Part shown: one piece after another, positions 56,771-64,000 of the stretch
Position numbering within the stretch: position 1 is the first letter of the stretch
Layout of the letters: each line of letters opens with the position of its first letter
NCBI GenBank assembly: GCA_951406725.2
Contig: OX597822.1
Location: 7,688,001 to 7,752,000, forward strand
Direction of reading: 5' to 3'
DNA: 64,000 nt
Origin: Octopus vulgaris
Lineage: Eukaryota
Notes under the pieces: model-generated
Seen by the model: the letters and a program-made list of their open reading frames with translations, nothing else
What the model was told of the DNA's origin: nothing
The model's database searches: none
Made by a program: the position numbers and the translations under genes

Positions 56771-57529
56771 TTATATATTACCGTTATCATTTAGGTTCGT
56801 TAAATGATACAGATTTATAACGCACAGAACCGTACCGATTAAAGAGATATTAATGAATTCTGCTTTCAGATTTTACAAGTTTTATATTACATGCACGAAC
56901 ATTTATTTATGAGCTAACATGACACGAATATATCTTAGTGCTCGTATAATAATTCTACCATCAATTTCTCTGAAAAAACTTTCAACAGCTTAAGTGTGCA
57001 TTCCACTGAGTTTAAAACAGGTTTCAACATTTTTTACCATGTTAGCGAATTTTCCCTCCAATAGAACGTATTACTACATAGCTTTTTTTCATTCAGAACT
57101 CATTCCAAATCCTATATATATCTATAACCCATTGTTTTAACAAAATATAAAGAAGTTGCCACACGCAGAAACAACACATAGCATTCGATAAAAAACATTT
57201 AATTTGAAAAGCAAACATTCATAAAAAAAATATTTAAAACGAAACCTGCGATTTATTTCAGAAATGGAATCTACTATTGCAAGCAATAAAAATCAAATTG
57301 AAATGCACACATTTCAATTTGAATTATATAGGCATGAGATGTATATGTAAAGTGCGAACATCCTTGACGTTCGGAGTGATGTACAAAACTAATAAAACAT
57401 TACGAAATTAAATTTAAACCAGTAATACTATTAACAAAAGCCATATTACAAATACATAAACAATACAAACGTTAACAACTGTAAAACGATATCAATATGA
57501 AAAAAAAAGAACAGGGATGACGTATTTAT

Positions 57530-58059
<530 letters not shown>

Positions 58060-58419
58060 GCAGGACGTTTCAAATAAAAAAAAAAGTCTGCTGATTCTCA
58101 AAATGCAAATCGCTCTCAAAACAAAAATAAAAAAGAATGGAGAAACACTGAATTATTGCTTCAAAATAACAATTACCTATTATCGAATTATCGATTCATG
58201 TGTTGACTGCGATATTTATTTGAATAAAAGAATTTGTAAAACGATGTTAATGGACTGGTGTTTTACGCCACATTTCCGGCAGAAAATTTACTTAAATACT
58301 TGCATATATGATGCTATGAATTATATATTTGCACAAACATGAGTATATAAGATTTCACATATTTTACACGCCCACACACATGCACTCACATATATACGAC
58401 TGTAGTATTGATGTGAGCG

Positions 58420-58455
<36 letters not shown>

Positions 58456-59339
58456 GCGACTTTAGTTACTTTAATAGAGTACAATTGCAAATCAATCCCT
58501 CATATGTGTGTGTTTGTATATATAATATATATGTATATAAGTGTGTGTACGTACAAGTGCACGTTTGTGTTTGTGTATCTAATCCTCCATTGATCATTTA
58601 TTAGAGGGCACAAAATTATAATATTGTTTAACTCATAATTCAGAGACTATTGCATAACTAACTTGCACTTGTAACGAAATTTGTTAACTGTTTGGAAATG
58701 TTCTAAACTCGAAGTACATTTATTGTTTTATGTATTATTTAGGCGAAGAACTGGCAGAATAGTTAGGGCACCAGGAAAATTGTTCTTAGTTACTCTTCCC
58801 TTTCCTTACGTTCTTAGTTGAAATTCCTCAAGATCAACATTTGCATTTCCTCATTTGAGTTACATAAAATAAGTGACGTTTAGTACTTTAGTGTCATTTT
58901 AATACATGGGCGTCGCTCTTTAGCCTTGCACTTATAGTCAGTTTCTGCATTATGGGGATTTGGATTATGTAGATTCATTGGAGTAACAGAAATTTTTTTT
59001 AAAAAATCACTTTGTTCTTTATGATCTGACTTCATATAACTATAGCTTCCATTCCACCATTTCTTTTATCCAGGTTCGATAGACTACAATACCAGCTATG
59101 CATTGGGGCTGATTTATAACAACGATCCTATATTAGATAATATAACAATATATGCAGTGCATTTACAAGATTTATATATCATTGAAATACTTCAGATATT
59201 TATTACAGTAAAGGCTGAAATAGGTAGATATTTAGTCATGATTTCCCAAATGGATTAATTCTAAATTGACCCGATTCAGAATCACATCATCTCGTGTATT
59301 TTACAAGAAGCGTTTTCGTCGTATGTATTTATATGTCTA

Positions 59340-59490
<151 letters not shown>

Positions 59491-59592
59491 CTGTCTGTCT
59501 ATCTATTTATTTATCTATCCTTATCTCTCTATTTCTATCTACCTATTTATCTGCCTACCTCTATATATGCACGCGCAAACACACACACACAC

Positions 59593-59635
<43 letters not shown>

Positions 59636-60400
59636 CAGACAGACAGACAGACAGACAGAATGGGAGGGAGAGTGAGAGAGCGAGATAGAAAGAGAGAGAG
59701 GGAACGCGAAATATAAAGAGACGAACTAGAATATTTCTTTATGGAAAATGGTTGTCGTCAATGGTTCAAAATCGTTCGTACATATTTTACAAAAAACTAA
59801 CGGGACCCTGAATATTACACGGAATTAACGGTAAACATTTTGGGCCATTTCTGACAACTTTATTCAAAAAATTTGAAATCGTAGCCTGACTGTATCAAAG
59901 CGTAGTCTGTATCGAAGGATTGTCGCACATCTACTAATCATTTAAATGTGAAGGAAATTGGAATACGATGATTTCTCAATGTATTTGATATTTACACTTC
60001 ATGTAATTTATGCACAGTTTTACAGATTTAATACACAACTCTCCCACTCTTCGCCTTACCCTCTTTTTCTCTCGCCTTTTTCTTTCGCCTTTTGTTTTTC
60101 CCTTCAACTAATCGCGTGAAAGCGTTACCGACTGGCGAAGTAAAGGAGAAAAAAGATTGGTACACCATTAAATTGCACATTTTACTCAGCATTACCTTTC
60201 CCTCCTACACTACCACCCTTCCAATCTCCTTTCTTCCCTCCATCTCCACCGTCGTCTAATCATGTCGGAGTGTTACGGTCGGGCTAAGTAACGGAGAAAC
60301 AAGAAAATAATATCAGGCAAATGTACTTCTATGTCACCCACAGTACATTCTCAGACTATTTAGTCTCCTCCCGTTCATTATAAATATATACGGTTTCTAT

Positions 60401-60476
<76 letters not shown>

Positions 60477-60489
60477 ATGTAAATATATC

Positions 60490-61795
60490 GACCCATCCAT
60501 ACTTAAAACTAACAAATAACCTTTTAGTTTAGATGTAGTTTCTCTCTACACCTCTGTACCCGCTCTCCCACCCGTTGATATCCTCATAGACCACGTCCTT
60601 ATGTCCCTCCACTTCTCCTTGCTCCCTCCTCTCACCTCATCTCTCCCTCCCTGACTCCCTAACTCCCCCTGCATCTCCTCCTCCTTTCCATATTTCCATT
60701 CTCCCATCTCCCCATCCATCAACATCCAGCTCTTCAGCCTCACACAATCGGACATACGAGAGTTACTAACCATTATATTTGGTAACACCTACTTCCAATA
60801 TAGAGATGTGATTTACAAAGAGATTTTCGGCCAGACTTTATGGGATCTAGCCTTTCAGGCCTGCTCGCAATCACGTACATGGATAAACTAGAATTCACAG
60901 CACTCAACCCATGCCGCTCACGCATCTTTTTCTCCAGGTATGTTGATGAAATCCTTATCATCACGTCCCCCAGGGATGAGGCCATTAACATCCATCGGAC
61001 CTTCAATAATACCGACATAAACATTAAATTCAAGATTTAACATCCAGACGAATCCGGAACCCTCTCTCTACTTGACTTTTAACTCAGGATCACAGAGGAA
61101 GGCTCCATATTTACCAAATTCTACAGAAAAGTCACTACTAGAAAATTTTTCGTCCAGTATCAATCAGCCTTACCCAATAGAGCCAAAGCCGCATACGTGA
61201 GAAACGATATTGCACGTACAAATATTTGCAGCAACGTGACCGACGAAGCCGTCAACACCATCTATAGCTAAACAATGGCGCCTAAAGAACATCACAGTCG
61301 ATGAGCCCCGAAAGAACCATCATAATCCTAAGTCCGGCACGTGCTTCATAAAGCTACCACACTTTGACGACAGAACTACTGGAGCGATACAACACGCAAT
61401 CAGCAGGGAAGGACATGGACATACAGATGGTGCACACCGGCCTTTTCCTGAGAAAAAGTCTGTCCAAATTCTCAAATTCTCCGAGGAGGGCACCTTGTCG
61501 AACGGCCCCGTCAATAACACTGAATTGTGCCAGAGGACCTATGTTGCATATGAGATCATCTGTGGTAAATGTGGCGCATCCTACATGGAAAACACGACTG
61601 GAGAACTACATATAAGCATTAAGGAACGCATGAAGGCAGACGCTTCCATAAAGAAACACCTACGGAAATGCCAGATCCTGGAATACACAGTGTACATCAA
61701 GGTAACACAGCTGAAGAGGTGCAACCTCAGAATCTCTGAGGTCATCCTTATACACTAAATTCTACAAAATTCTTCATAGTAACTATTCCATCACT
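60490..61795 (+). mobile_element. Degraded Penelope-like element RT plus GIY-YIG (possibly Naiad-like)
   Basis: PFSLDVVSLYTSVP, NTYFQYRDVIYK, MGSSLSGLLAITYMDKLE, RYVDEI, HPDESGTLSLLDF, FYRK...QSALP, YEIICGKCGASY; contains stops and frameshifts. Confidence 0.85.
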
Positions 61796-61812
61796 ATATA
61801 TATGTTTATACA

Positions 61813-61888
<76 letters not shown>

Positions 61889-62040
61889 TTGATACATATA
61901 TGTATATATATATGTGTGTATGTATGTATATATGTATATATACGCATATATATGTATATATATATATATATGTATATATATGTATGTATATATAGATACA
62001 CACATATATATGTATATACATATATATATATAAATATACA

Positions 62041-62112
<72 letters not shown>

Positions 62113-62115
<3 letters not shown>

Positions 62116-62633
62116 GAGCAAAATGCCCCCCGTCCAATGGACGGTGCTGAGTTGTCAAACATTTAAATCAAATTTTCTCAAAACAACTTGTCCAACCGTC
62201 CCATAGGCCTCCCCTTTGAGAAACACTGATTTAACCTAAATTTGAGACACCAGCGAAAGAAGAAATAAAGATTGACTTTTTTTATATTCCAAAGAAAAAA
62301 GATTTTATTCACACAAATATGGAAACGAAGGGTTTAAAATGCCAGTAATGATAAGGCTGTTGACTGGGGAACACAAACATGGTTTAAACAGTAAGCTTGG
62401 CAGAAAAGAAACGTGCCTTTAAGCAGTACCAAAACAGCAAAAAATGGAAGATGCAATTATGTCCAAGTTGACGGAAGAAAAGCAAGACAAAACAGGGCTT
62501 TATCGATTGGATTCTCACCTGGAATCGATTTTTGTAAGTTTTTCATATCAAATTTGAGCGCCATCGGATGGAGGGTGCCCGAGATCCGAGAAGACACACA
62601 CAGATATAGATAGACAGAACGGATTTTAGATAA
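62113..62633 (-). mobile_element. Helitron-like non-autonomous element with 3' hairpin
   Basis: Reverse complement of 47875-48360; hairpin ccgtccattggacgg (62130-62144) ~12 nt before terminal CTCG. Confidence 0.75.
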
Positions 62634-62699
62634 GGTATATACATACATATATATATATGTGTGTGCATGTGTGACTGTGTGCGTGTATGTGTGTGTATG

Positions 62700-62736
<37 letters not shown>

Positions 62737-64000
62737 ATGTATACACATATGTATATATACACATACATATATACATATAGATCTGTGTCTGCTTACACAT
62801 ACATATACATACACGTATACAACATCACATACATATTTATCTGTCAGTCTATCTAGGTATATGTCCCTCTGTCTATCTATAAATGTGTGCTGGGGTGACT
62901 GTTATGTATGTACCTGTTGTGTATGGATATATGAACGTCTGAACCGAGGTATGTATACTTTCATAAAATTTTCTTGATAGTGGTTCAAAATATTGGAAAG
63001 TATGTTCAAGCACCTTCACAAAATAAATTGCCATAGAAATTATATTTTTACGTGTATTGTGTAATTTAAAAATGAATCTTTAACGCATACAAGCCCGCCA
63101 CTATCTCTCTATTTATCTATGTATCAATGTATCTATATATATACATATATAAAATACATATGAATGAGTATACACACACAGGCAGACGTAGATTCATATA
63201 TGATTGTACGCTTGTTTTTATGTGAATTTTTTCTTTATATTTTGCATTAACTCAAGTAAATTTCTCCTTGGTTATGTAGAAGTGAGTATGCTATATATAG
63301 TTTCGCACGTTTCCTGTAAACGTGTTTTTGCATATTTATAGACGTGTGAATGTGTATATAAGCACACGTTTTAGTGAGTGTATGCGGCGATATATGTATG
63401 ATTCTAGATTGGTAGGTAGGTGGAACTAGTGGAATAAACGAATATAATCTACTTTAAATACATAAATCAGTATCACTTTTAGCGTCTGAACCCATAAATC
63501 ATCCCCTATTTGGGATGACATGAAGTCAATTTATATTCAGTTTTTGATTGATTTATAGTTCAACAAGACTTCTTTATTCATCTCAACTGCAAATTCTGTT
63601 GTGATGAACATTTCCCCAAACTTTGATCGTCACTGATTGCTTTAGATGTTGCAATGCACAGAACGAAATAGTAATTGGCTTATAACAAATTTCTATTCTG
63701 TCAAATCACTCTGAACAACAAGCGAATAGAAGCGGGCAACATATATCAGAAACTTACGAGGAAACGATGCTGTATTAATCAATGGAATTTTGTTTATGGG
63801 TCTTCACGTGTTAGAGGATCAATGCAAATTAGATATGGACCTTTTTATGAATGAGACTACCAGAATATGTATGCGTCAATATTTGTGTTTGTATGTGTAG
63901 ATATGCGTTCGAATATACATGCATACAGTTATATATAGATACATACATATGTAATATGTATGTATGTGTACGCATATATACAAATACATACATCTACACA

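Overview
This is AT-rich, microsatellite-dense eukaryotic non-coding DNA. The SINE repertoire and the (TA)n/(CA)n/(ATT)n load resemble an octopod cephalopod genome (inference, not verified). No intact host gene is recognisable, and almost all listed ORFs are microsatellite translations. The window is a mosaic of tRNA-derived SINEs, mariner/Tc1 remnants and MITEs, Helitron-like non-autonomous elements, and RTE and L1/Tx1-like LINE fragments. It also holds at least five Penelope-like element (PLE) remnants, one with an uninterrupted RT-thumb/GIY-YIG frame. The most notable signal is a 3.5-copy tandem array of a ~356-bp unit at 31717-32959. Each full unit carries a minimal type I hammerhead ribozyme on the minus strand, inside a long extended stem, and the array ends at the predicted self-cleavage site. 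This is the architecture of a non-LTR retrozyme (a circRNA-producing, putatively PLE-mobilised element). Several other minimal or variant hammerheads sit in PLE pseudo-LTR-like repeats across the window. All coordinates were read by eye, and element edges may be off by some bases.
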